Assembly: GCA_016839365.1 (NCBI GenBank)
Contig: JAEOUH010000029.1
Span: 15,511-79,510 of the forward strand
Length of the DNA: 64,000 bases
Reading direction: 5' to 3'
Origin: Candidatus Hermodarchaeota archaeon
GTDB lineage: Archaea > Asgardarchaeota > Hermodarchaeia > Hermodarchaeales > Hermodarchaeaceae
Positions within the stretch are counted from its first letter, which is position 1. Each line of letters starts with the position of its first letter. The notes under the pieces were generated by a model that worked only from the letters and a program-made list of their open reading frames with translations, did not search any database and was not told where the DNA came from. Shown piece by piece: positions 45,753 through 54,727 of the stretch. The translations under genes and the position numbers were made by a program.

Positions 45753-48497
45753 CTACTTTTTCTTGGCTTTTTCCTTTTGGTCGATCATAACGGCTGCGAG
45801 TTCTCGAGCAGCCCACGTGAGGTAATTAGCGGTGTCCTCACGCGAATAGGTTTCACGAATACGTTTCTCGATTTCGTTAAGTTGACGATTGCGTTCAGCT
45901 TTTGGCGATGCTGGATTAAAATCTGCGAGGAATACGCGAAGGGCTTTGTGCCATTCGTCGAGTTCTTTGATTTTTTCCAGCCACTGCTGTTCTAAACTGC
46001 GAATAGTGGTGAATATATCAATTGATTCAGGAAGAGAATTAACCGTTTCTAGCTTTCCACGGAGATTTTGTAAGGTATCAAGTGGGAAGATAAGTTTGCT
46101 AAATTCTTGTGGGCGAGCATCATAAACTCGTTTTATCGTTGAATAGTATTCGGTGGTATTTTCCAGGAGTTTTTCGAATGCCGCTTCGGTTTTTTGTTCC
46201 ATGTTTCGAAGAATGTCCAAAACACTATTTTGAGCCTCAACAAGTGCCATACAGATTTCAAGCACCGTATTCACTTGCTCTGCATCTAAAGCATCAGGAA
46301 CCCGGGCGAGAAGGTCCTTCAGTTTAACCACAACCTCTGCTTGCCCATGCCGTTCAAGGAGGTCGGTGACTGAATTGAGATTTCGCCAGACTTCGTTGGC
46401 TTTGGATCGAATATCCTTAAGCAACTTAGCATCAGTGAGTAATTCCCGAAGTTCATCAAAACGATCAGGGAGTTCTTCGATATTAGCAGGCAATTTTTCT
46501 TGAAGTTTCATAGACTGCTTGACATAGGTATCAGTTTTGATACCCAAGGTGACCGAGACGTTTGTAAGTTCTGAAAAGGCTTTAATCTGCTCATTCAAGG
46601 CCTGGTTGAAGTAACCAACAATGCGTTTCTCAAATACCTCTACGATATGATGGGCTTTGCGAATGGCTTCTTCGTAGGTTTCGCTGGCAGGAACTACGGT
46701 GGTCAGTTCTTGGATAGCAGCTTGGACTTCGGAAGGAATAGTCAATCCCATTCCCAGGAGTTTTGAGACTGCTAGGCGTAGCTTCAAGTCAAGTCGATAT
46801 TTGAGGTTTTCAATAGCGTCTTGTGCCTTATAGAGAGCATCACCCTGGGCTTCGCGAGCAACCTCTTCAATTTCCTCAAAACTCTTACTAGCACGAATAT
46901 GCTTAATTGCTGTTTCCAAGAATTCTTCCATTGTTTTGAAGGATTCTCGATAGGTTGGTTTGATGACCTGGATTTCTGCTAAGAGAGCATTGAGTTCTCG
47001 TTCCCATGCCTTGCGGAATAAATCAATACGGTTTTCTACATGCTTGTGGAGTCGTGCATAAGCCTCAACTAGCTCAGGGAATGAAATATCCGTGGTTCGG
47101 ACAGGAGCAGGAGCAGCGCCCATTGTGGTTTTATCAAGAATGGTACTGGCAGTTTCAGAGATACGTACTAGCAACGCTTCTTGGGTTCGAATTTCCGCCA
47201 GTAATTTTCCATGCTCTTCAATTATTTGTCCGGAAGTTTCTGAGTAAATCTTGACAAGATCCTTAAGGTCAGCCTTATTGAGGGGTTTTGTTTGTTTTTT
47301 CACAAATGCCTCAAGTTCATTGGAATTCGGCAGCACCTTTCGCTTTACGGCCCGCGTTAAATCATCGAGAATTCGGCTAGTTTCGGAACGAAGGGCTGTT
47401 TCGACATTGGTTTGGTAGGCTTGTAGCCGCTCATAGCTAGCAATGAGGGCCGCTAGATCAGCTTCCTTGGGGACTTCAGGGGGTATTGGTGGAAGGAAAC
47501 TGGCTTCGTTGGAGATATTGGCACTTGCCAGTATCCGATTAAGGTTATGAGCAAATTCGAGTAGTTGACGTCTAATCTCACTGGAGGCTTTCATCACCTG
47601 TCCGTCATATTGTTGTACCAAGCCGAGAAGCATCGTCAGATTCGCTTCGCCTTCAAGTTGCTTCATAAGCCCTTCAAGGGATGTAGAAATGGCCATAGGC
47701 ACATTCAAATTCAAACTACGAGCGGTTTCCAAAAGGGCTAGCGCGGATTCGATGCTAGCTTGTAGTTTCGCCCGCAAGGTATCGACTACTTCCCCGCGTC
47801 GGCTGGTGAGATATTCATGCTCTTGCCGCAGGGTCTTGCGAATTTCGAATAGTTCCGGAATTGTATTAATATCAACGGAAGTCCGCTCCGCGCTAATTGA
47901 CACATCACTAGTATCTATGCCTACAAAGCGATCATAGGTCTTGATAAGGGCCCGATTTTGTTCGAGCATATCATTCGTTTGTTTAAGAAGCGCTTCACGG
48001 AGCTGCTTTGAAAGCCCCTCCAAATTAGACACAAACCGGGAGATAACAGGTAACACGACGGCATATTTCCCTCTCGTTGAAGGGAATGAGAGATTGTTGA
48101 GGTCTCGCCCTAATTTGATGTCAAAGGACATGATGGTGGCCTTCAACTCCTCGAGTTCCACCATGTAATTTCGAAGCAATTCGATGTGAAGATCTAATGA
48201 CCGATTTAGACCTTTATCGAGTTTGGGAAGTTCTTTATCGATTTGTTTGACTAGACGCCGCTTTTTGGGGCTTAGAGACCAGCTTGTTTTCGCATCCCGA
48301 TCAAACCCTTCAATCGCCAAAAGCTCCCTTCCAACATCTTCTAGGGAGGTCTCAACTTCAGAGGGGAGACCGCCTAATATTGTTTGACACTTAGAACTAA
48401 CATCCTTGAGCATAGAGTAATACTTGCGCAGTTCTTCCAATGTAGTCACGATTGGAGCCCCCAGGGTAAGTGGCTTACATCCACCTTTCTTATTCAT
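45753..48497 (-). CDS. Large alpha-helical repeat/coiled-coil protein, first gene of the tubulin operon
   Basis: 914-aa L/E/K/R-rich ORF with no TM segment or P-loop; stop 12 nt before the tubulin ATG. True start may be GTG 48449. Confidence 0.82.
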   Translation of the reverse strand: MNKKGGCKPLTLGAPIVTTLEELRKYYSMLKDVSSKCQTILGGLPSEVETSLEDVGRELLAIEGFDRDAKTSWSLSPKKRRLVKQIDKELPKLDKGLNRSLDLHIELLRNYMVELEELKATIMSFDIKLGRDLNNLSFPSTRGKYAVVLPVISRFVSNLEGLSKQLREALLKQTNDMLEQNRALIKTYDRFVGIDTSDVSISAERTSVDINTIPELFEIRKTLRQEHEYLTSRRGEVVDTLRAKLQASIESALALLETARSLNLNVPMAISTSLEGLMKQLEGEANLTMLLGLVQQYDGQVMKASSEIRRQLLEFAHNLNRILASANISNEASFLPPIPPEVPKEADLAALIASYERLQAYQTNVETALRSETSRILDDLTRAVKRKVLPNSNELEAFVKKQTKPLNKADLKDLVKIYSETSGQIIEEHGKLLAEIRTQEALLVRISETASTILDKTTMGAAPAPVRTTDISFPELVEAYARLHKHVENRIDLFRKAWERELNALLAEIQVIKPTYRESFKTMEEFLETAIKHIRASKSFEEIEEVAREAQGDALYKAQDAIENLKYRLDLKLRLAVSKLLGMGLTIPSEVQAAIQELTTVVPASETYEEAIRKAHHIVEVFEKRIVGYFNQALNEQIKAFSELTNVSVTLGIKTDTYVKQSMKLQEKLPANIEELPDRFDELRELLTDAKLLKDIRSKANEVWRNLNSVTDLLERHGQAEVVVKLKDLLARVPDALDAEQVNTVLEICMALVEAQNSVLDILRNMEQKTEAAFEKLLENTTEYYSTIKRVYDARPQEFSKLIFPLDTLQNLRGKLETVNSLPESIDIFTTIRSLEQQWLEKIKELDEWHKALRVFLADFNPASPKAERNRQLNEIEKRIRETYSREDTANYLTWAARELAAVMIDQKEKAKKK

Positions 48498-48628
48498 TGG
48501 AAAGTCTATTCTTAACTCTTTTTGAGCCTAAGCGAAACTATAAGCAGAAGCTAAATTAAAGTCAACGACCCATTTTGTCTCAATTTCAGCAATATATTAG
48601 TGAATTCGTGGTTATGGAATGAACAGCA

Positions 48629-49558
48629 ATGGCTGATGATGAAAGCTTTGGAAAAGTTCGTGAAAAATTACTTCGTGCAGGGAAAATTGCCTCTGACGCC
48701 CTTGCCTTTACCTGTAGCCATGTGAAAGCGGATGAATCCTTGCTTAGTATTGTTGGAGGAGGAGAAGATAGAATTCACGCTCTTGGTGGAAAACCAGCCT
48801 TTCCCATCAACATCTCTGTTAACCACCATGCTGCACACTATACACCGAGCTTAGAGGATAGAACTCAGATCCCCGAGTTAGCACTGGTCAAAATCGACCT
48901 CGGTGTGCATATTGACGGCTACGTCGCTGATACTGCAAAGACTGTCCTTGTGGGCGAGGATGAGAACCTCCAACGACTCGTAGAGGCTGCAGAGGCAGGA
49001 TTACAAGCAGCCATTCAAACAGCCCGGGCAGGGATTCGTGTCTGGAACATCTCAAAAGCAATTTCAACTGCCATGCGTCAAATGAAAACTCGACCCATTG
49101 AGAACCTTACAGGTCACAGCATTGAGCCATTCAATTTACATGCCGGAGTCTCGGTACCAGCAGTGGCTCATTCAGGAGAGCGTATCATCTCGCCCCGACT
49201 GAACGAACAAATGGTCGTGGCCATTGAACCCTTCGCTACGTATAGCAACAACCCCCGAGTGGATAACTTGGAACCCGGGCATATCTTCGGTTTTGCTCGT
49301 GCACAGAACCCTAGGAGCGCAGAATTGCGGTCGCTATTCAGCTTGATGAAAGTGAAATTTGCCCAATTACCTTTCTCTTCCCGGTGGATGGTTGAGCTTG
49401 TCGAAAGAGACAAGATAACCCCTAGCTTGCACCAGTTAAAACGAGAGGGGTGTATACATAACTATCCAGTGCTGGGATTACGGGATAAGAGTCCTATTGC
49501 CCAAGCCGAGCACACCATCATTATTGAAAAAGATGGCTGCACCGTAACCACCAAATGA
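48629..49558 (+). CDS. map: Methionine aminopeptidase type II
   Basis: AFPINIS, AAHYTP, KIDLGVHIDGYVADTA, NLTGH, AIEPF, QAEHT. Confidence 0.95.
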   Translation: MADDESFGKVREKLLRAGKIASDALAFTCSHVKADESLLSIVGGGEDRIHALGGKPAFPINISVNHHAAHYTPSLEDRTQIPELALVKIDLGVHIDGYVADTAKTVLVGEDENLQRLVEAAEAGLQAAIQTARAGIRVWNISKAISTAMRQMKTRPIENLTGHSIEPFNLHAGVSVPAVAHSGERIISPRLNEQMVVAIEPFATYSNNPRVDNLEPGHIFGFARAQNPRSAELRSLFSLMKVKFAQLPFSSRWMVELVERDKITPSLHQLKREGCIHNYPVLGLRDKSPIAQAEHTIIIEKDGCTVTTK

Positions 49559-49580
49559 ACTTCAATAGGAGGACACGTAT

Positions 49581-50918
49581 GTGGATTATCTTACTGTACT
49601 GAAGAAGCTTATACAATTCCCCACGGTCAACGATCCAGCTAAAGAAATTTGGCCAACCAGAGAATGCCCTGAATATCTTGAATCCATTCTTGCCCAAATG
49701 GGGTATAAGACCCAGATTATCGAGCAGATGGGCTTTTTTTCTGTGCTTGCCACTCATGGTTCCGGTCGCCCGGTGACTTTATTACTAGCTCATTTTGATG
49801 TTGTTCCCGTTGGTGAGGGATGGGATACTGATCCATTTGAATTAACGGTTAAGGGAGAGATGGGGTATGGTCGCGGAACAGCGGACGATAAGGGAAATAC
49901 AACGGCCTTGTTACTTTCAGCGGAGGAGCTTATACAACAGGAAATCAATGGGACTGTCGCCTTTGCAATGACTGGTGATGAAGAAATTGGAGGAATGAAT
50001 GGGGCCCCTGTCGTCCGAGCGGCATTGGAAAAACGCCACCTGTTTCCCGACTATCTCGTGACAGCGGATGGCGTGGGTATGCAGATTGTCACTCGTCGGA
50101 GAAATACCGTTTCAGTAACTATTTCCGTTCCAAAAAATCCCTCGCCCTTTGAAGGAGGACTCGCAACTCATCGCTTCACCACAGAATATCTTGGGCGAAA
50201 GTCACGCCATTCGGCTTATTTCCTGCCTGGTATCGACCAGCATGCACTACTCGCTGCGTCCAGTTTTTTACTGCGTAATCCCGAGATTGAAGTTAGATCA
50301 ACAGCAGGTGGTTACATCAAAAGCAACGTCGTTCCGGATTGGTTTGAGATTACCAGCATCAACCCAGCTGTGAAGGCGAACAAACACCTGCATACTTGTG
50401 ATCATAACCTTAAACGGCTCCTCCAAGCCCTGCTACCGATATCCAGAATCCAGTTTCCCACACTTCTCAGTGATTATGGCATCACCTTCTGTCCCAACCT
50501 GTTGTACGAACATGACAACCGATGGGTAATCTATTTTGATGGCCGGGCAATGACAATGGACGTGGAATCCGTGCAAAAGGCATTGGACGCTGTGCTAGTG
50601 GAGAAACTATCAGGAATCGAATATCAAGGATCGGTAAAGTTAGGCAAAGCATACATGAACACGCCCATAAAATCACACCTAGTCACAACGGCTCAGCAAG
50701 TCGCCAAGACAAATGCCCAAAAAATCGAGCCCATTGAATTAGGAGGAGCAAGTGATACACGCCATTTCACTGATAGGGAAATTCAGGCTATCGATTTTGG
50801 CCCCATTGGATATGGCATTCATGGATCTAACGAGCATGTCCTTCTGGAATCGATACCTCAAACCGCAAAGTTCTACACTGATCTTATCCAGACCCTTCAT
50901 AGCTCCTCAAAGTCTTAA
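49581..50918 (+). CDS. M20 family metallopeptidase (DapE/ArgE-like)
   Basis: AHFDVVP, GRGTADDKG, DEEIGG, GGASD, IHGSNE. Confidence 0.9.
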   Translation: MDYLTVLKKLIQFPTVNDPAKEIWPTRECPEYLESILAQMGYKTQIIEQMGFFSVLATHGSGRPVTLLLAHFDVVPVGEGWDTDPFELTVKGEMGYGRGTADDKGNTTALLLSAEELIQQEINGTVAFAMTGDEEIGGMNGAPVVRAALEKRHLFPDYLVTADGVGMQIVTRRRNTVSVTISVPKNPSPFEGGLATHRFTTEYLGRKSRHSAYFLPGIDQHALLAASSFLLRNPEIEVRSTAGGYIKSNVVPDWFEITSINPAVKANKHLHTCDHNLKRLLQALLPISRIQFPTLLSDYGITFCPNLLYEHDNRWVIYFDGRAMTMDVESVQKALDAVLVEKLSGIEYQGSVKLGKAYMNTPIKSHLVTTAQQVAKTNAQKIEPIELGGASDTRHFTDREIQAIDFGPIGYGIHGSNEHVLLESIPQTAKFYTDLIQTLHSSSKS

Positions 50919-52195
50919 GGAGCTCGATCTGAACCAGGAACACGGGGAATGGTTGGGGCAGGTACTTTCACCAGCGTTTCATTGATTGCAAAGTACCCAA
51001 AGGACGCAAATATCCTTAGGACCACGATGGTTAGCAACATTAGTATGACTGCGGTTGCATAGGGAATTTGGAGAGTGAGATAATCGAGTACGAAGCCGGA
51101 AACCATTGCAGAACAAAATGCAGCAACTCCTGTGAAGAAATTAAAAAGTGCGACAACAGTTCCCCTGTAAATCGGAGGAGCGGAATCGAGTAACCATGCT
51201 GTGCTACTGACAATGAATAGGCCAGTCAAAAATCCGCCGCTAATATTGAGGGGAACCAGGAACCAGATATTCCCGGTGATAGCTCCCAGGGCGGAACAGA
51301 GGGGAGCAATGAAAATCAAACTACGCGCTATTATAATAATGGGTTTTCGCCCAAAATGGTCAGAGAGGACACCTGCCGCAATTTGAGCAATTCCAGAAGA
51401 AATGCTGAATATTGCAGTAAACACGCCGATTAGAAATAAATCCACATTGAGAATCCCACGAGAGACTATGGGAAAAAGCGGCCAGGCTGCACCCATGGCA
51501 GTGAAGAAAATGATATTGATAATTAAGAATCGAACGAATCGAGGTGTTGCTTTGACGGACTCTCGAATACGGAACACGCGATGTTTTGAAACACGGACGG
51601 TTTCCTTTAGAACAAGGACGCAGATAACCGCAATGATTGAAGCGACACACGCTAGGTACATCGGAACTTGATATTGCGCTAATCCTGTCAAACCAATGGA
51701 TACGGCGAAGAAGCCTACGACAACAAGTGCTATTGCTGAAGCGATTGTCCCTATCGCGGTAACAAGTCCCACGAACCGCCCGCGACCCTTCATCGTTGTA
51801 ATATCTCCAAGTAAGCCATTCCACGCAGGAATAGCGGCACTTCCAATGATAGTGGGCACCAATAAGAGTAAAATGAGTTGCCATGCATTCTGAGCAAAGG
51901 GAACGAGAGCGGCCGTCATTCCGATGGCGAGTAACCCAATGAAGAGGAATGGACGCCTACCAAATCGATCAGTGAGACTTCCCCAAGCCCATTGCATCGA
52001 GGCGTTTCCAAGTGTCTGGACTCCAGTAACCGTGCTTTGCTGGATGCCTGATGCCCCTAAATCAACGGCTAACGCACCCGTGTACGCCCAAAGGAGGTTG
52101 GCTCCGATCTGCCACGACGACCACATGGTAGAGATACGAATTGATTGCTGATTAAGAGGCTCCTTTCTTGGAGGTGGGTCGTCAGTCAAAGTCAT
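50915..52195 (-). CDS. MFS transporter
   Basis: GSLTDRFGRRP and GVLSDHFGRKP motif A; about 12 TM. Confidence 0.92.
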   Translation of the reverse strand: MTLTDDPPPRKEPLNQQSIRISTMWSSWQIGANLLWAYTGALAVDLGASGIQQSTVTGVQTLGNASMQWAWGSLTDRFGRRPFLFIGLLAIGMTAALVPFAQNAWQLILLLLVPTIIGSAAIPAWNGLLGDITTMKGRGRFVGLVTAIGTIASAIALVVVGFFAVSIGLTGLAQYQVPMYLACVASIIAVICVLVLKETVRVSKHRVFRIRESVKATPRFVRFLIINIIFFTAMGAAWPLFPIVSRGILNVDLFLIGVFTAIFSISSGIAQIAAGVLSDHFGRKPIIIIARSLIFIAPLCSALGAITGNIWFLVPLNISGGFLTGLFIVSSTAWLLDSAPPIYRGTVVALFNFFTGVAAFCSAMVSGFVLDYLTLQIPYATAVILMLLTIVVLRIFASFGYFAINETLVKVPAPTIPRVPGSDRAP

Positions 52196-52318
52196 CGCCT
52201 GCTTAAAGGGTTAGAACAGGTCATCAGGTACAACTGTTGAAAAAGCTTATTCAATCACATACATTCTAATGCGTAGTTTACGAAATTTCCTCAGGACTTT
52301 GATAGGAGTAGATATATC

Positions 52319-53509
52319 ATGTGTGCAGAACTTGCCCAAACCATCCTTTCAACAACTCAGGCACACGAACAATGGCGACAACTCTGTCTAAACTTAATCC
52401 CTTCAGAAAACCTCACCAGTCCCCAGGTTCGAATGATGCTGGCATCAGATTTTGGTCATCGATACGCGTGGGATCAAACGTGGTATGGCGGCACGAAATT
52501 CACCATAAAGGTTGAGGAAATGGCTGTTGAGGCGGCAAAGAAGCTCTTTAATGCTGACTATGCCAACGTTCGTCCCCTTTCAGGCCACCTTTCATTAATG
52601 GCAGTAATCATGGGTTTGTGTCAACCGAATGATCCGATCGTGATTTCTCATATTGATAATGGAGGATATCCATTGAATCTACAAGCCCGATTTCCCCTCG
52701 ATGTCCACTATCTCCCCTATAAAGAGGATATCTATTCAATGGACGTGTCACGTACAGAATCGTTGATTGACCGCGTCCGTCCACGTATAGTGATTTTAGG
52801 CGCAAGCATCTTCCTGAAGCCCCATCCAGTGGCTGAGCTTGCCAAGGTATGCAAAGAAGTAGGTGCAACTTTGGTGTACGATGGGTCCCACGTTCTGGGC
52901 TTGATTGCCGGGGGACAATTTCAGGACCCATTCAAAGAGGGAGCGCAAATTCTGTTGGGGAGCACCCACAAGACCTTTTTTGGTCCTCAAGGCGGGATCA
53001 TCTTAATCAAAAAGGATCCAGATCTCGCTGAACAAATCAATTTGACACTACGTCCAAATCCGGTGTTAATTGATAATTATCACCATCATCGCGTAGCCGC
53101 ATTAGCAATTGCCCTAGCCGAAATGCTTGCTTTTGGCAAAGATTATGCAAAGCAAGTAGTTGTCAATAGTGAAACCCTCGCGAGGGCGTTAGTAAAGGAA
53201 GAAGTGGGTGTTGTTGGGATGGGTTGGGGCTACACGAAGACGCATCAAGTCTTACTTCAGACAGAAGACCTACACCAGGGAGAGAAGATGTGCAACCAAT
53301 TAGAAGCAGCTGATATCATTGCCGATATTGGAGTACGACTTGGTTCGCAAGAGGTTACGCGCCGGGGTATGAAAACTGAGCAAATGCAACATATAGCAAT
53401 ATTAATCGCAAATCGCCTTCGAGGAAATGCCGTTGAAGAGATCAAACGGGATGTGCACACCCTAACTAGGCAATTTCAATCAACTGCATATTGTTTTGAA
53501 AGTCATTGA
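52319..53509 (+). CDS. glyA: Serine hydroxymethyltransferase-like PLP enzyme (atypical)
   Basis: NLIPSEN, ANVRPLSG, YDGSHVLGLIAG, STHKTFFGPQGG (PLP Lys), VRLGSQEVTRRGM. Confidence 0.8.
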   Translation: MCAELAQTILSTTQAHEQWRQLCLNLIPSENLTSPQVRMMLASDFGHRYAWDQTWYGGTKFTIKVEEMAVEAAKKLFNADYANVRPLSGHLSLMAVIMGLCQPNDPIVISHIDNGGYPLNLQARFPLDVHYLPYKEDIYSMDVSRTESLIDRVRPRIVILGASIFLKPHPVAELAKVCKEVGATLVYDGSHVLGLIAGGQFQDPFKEGAQILLGSTHKTFFGPQGGIILIKKDPDLAEQINLTLRPNPVLIDNYHHHRVAALAIALAEMLAFGKDYAKQVVVNSETLARALVKEEVGVVGMGWGYTKTHQVLLQTEDLHQGEKMCNQLEAADIIADIGVRLGSQEVTRRGMKTEQMQHIAILIANRLRGNAVEEIKRDVHTLTRQFQSTAYCFESH

Positions 53510-53630
53510 CTTGGAATAAGGGGAACCAGCTCATTTTGTGTTACGCGATATTCTATACTCTTTAAGGAGAGTGCCACAAAGTTTAATGCATATTCGATTT
53601 GATACTCTAGTACTGATAGGGGAATTACAT

Positions 53631-54641
53631 ATGCCAACTGAGCTGCCTGAGGATTCACCAGGTGAGAATTCCAAGAAGTGGAGATATCGAAAACCCGAGC
53701 AACCAGTGGAAGAGCCCATATCTGAACCTGATGAAGAGACTGCGAACCTATCTATCAATGAACCTGAAACAGACACAGCACCTGAACCTGAAGAAGAATC
53801 TACCACTTCCATTGAAGACGCTGTGGATATTCCCGTCAAAGAACCTATTGCTACTATCAATGAAACACCTGAAGCCGTAGAAGAAGGTGCCGTTGAAGAG
53901 GTAGATATTGAGCAGCTAAAAACCGAAAAAGAAGAGCTAGTTAATCAAGTCTCTGATCTTCTCAGCCAAGCGGATGAACTCAATGCTAAGAGAAAGGCAC
54001 TCGATGAGCAGATAGAATCACTCACCAAGCAACTCGAACAGGCGAATACGGACCTTGCGCATCGTCAAAAAGAACTTACTGATCTGGAAGCTGAAATGGA
54101 GAAGCACAAAGAAACGGAAGAACAACTCAACGAAGTTAATCGAGAGCTTCAAGACAAGTATAAGACCTTAGAAGAAACAACAAAGGAACGGGAAGAACAC
54201 CTATTAGTTCAGTTAGAAGAAATGGCAAAACGGATCGGTAAATTACAGGAAGTCATTCGGAAACGCGATGAGGAATTGGTTGCTCTGCAAAAGGATTTCC
54301 TAGTGAAGAAGGATATGGCACAAGATGCCCAGGATGAAGCATCCAAACTGCGAACTGTGGGAATCGTTCAACGTGAAGCTGTTCAAGACACGACCGTTTT
54401 ACGACGCCGAGTAACGGATTTAGAAGTAGAATATGAGAAACTCCGAAAAGCTCTCGAAAAGGATCCTAAGTACAGAATTTACTTGTTGGTTCGTGAGACT
54501 GGGCAACGAACACTTGAAGAACTCAGTAAGATTTTAGGCGTGGGGCTATACGAAGCGCGTCGCCGAGTTCAGGAACTCGTCCGCGCAGGACTTCTTGAAT
54601 TAAAGGGCGAAGCCGTCATGGTCTCACGTCAACTGAAGTAA
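53631..54641 (+). CDS. Acidic disordered head + long coiled coil + C-terminal winged helix protein
   Basis: E/P/T-rich N-terminus, roughly 185-aa heptad region, DPKYRIYLLV...TLEELSKILGV....RRRVQELVRAGLLE. ATG 53631 has an AGGGGA RBS. Confidence 0.78.
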   Translation: MPTELPEDSPGENSKKWRYRKPEQPVEEPISEPDEETANLSINEPETDTAPEPEEESTTSIEDAVDIPVKEPIATINETPEAVEEGAVEEVDIEQLKTEKEELVNQVSDLLSQADELNAKRKALDEQIESLTKQLEQANTDLAHRQKELTDLEAEMEKHKETEEQLNEVNRELQDKYKTLEETTKEREEHLLVQLEEMAKRIGKLQEVIRKRDEELVALQKDFLVKKDMAQDAQDEASKLRTVGIVQREAVQDTTVLRRRVTDLEVEYEKLRKALEKDPKYRIYLLVRETGQRTLEELSKILGVGLYEARRRVQELVRAGLLELKGEAVMVSRQLK

Positions 54642-54727
54642 TTTTCAGCTAGTTTTCAATCTTTTAATATCCCCACTTCTAATAGATGACGTGCGCCTCT
54701 GTCAAATGCATGGATTTGAGAGACCAT

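Noticed and set aside
45753-48497. SMC/Rad50 or dynamin-like ATPase/GTPase
   Set aside because: No Walker A/B, signature, zinc hook or G-motifs visible.
10685-50918. 4-nt stop-codon overlaps of convergent genes (10685-10688, 43353-43356, 50915-50918)
   Set aside because: A general feature of this compact genome, so the overlap at the tubulin operon is not by itself evidence of functional linkage.
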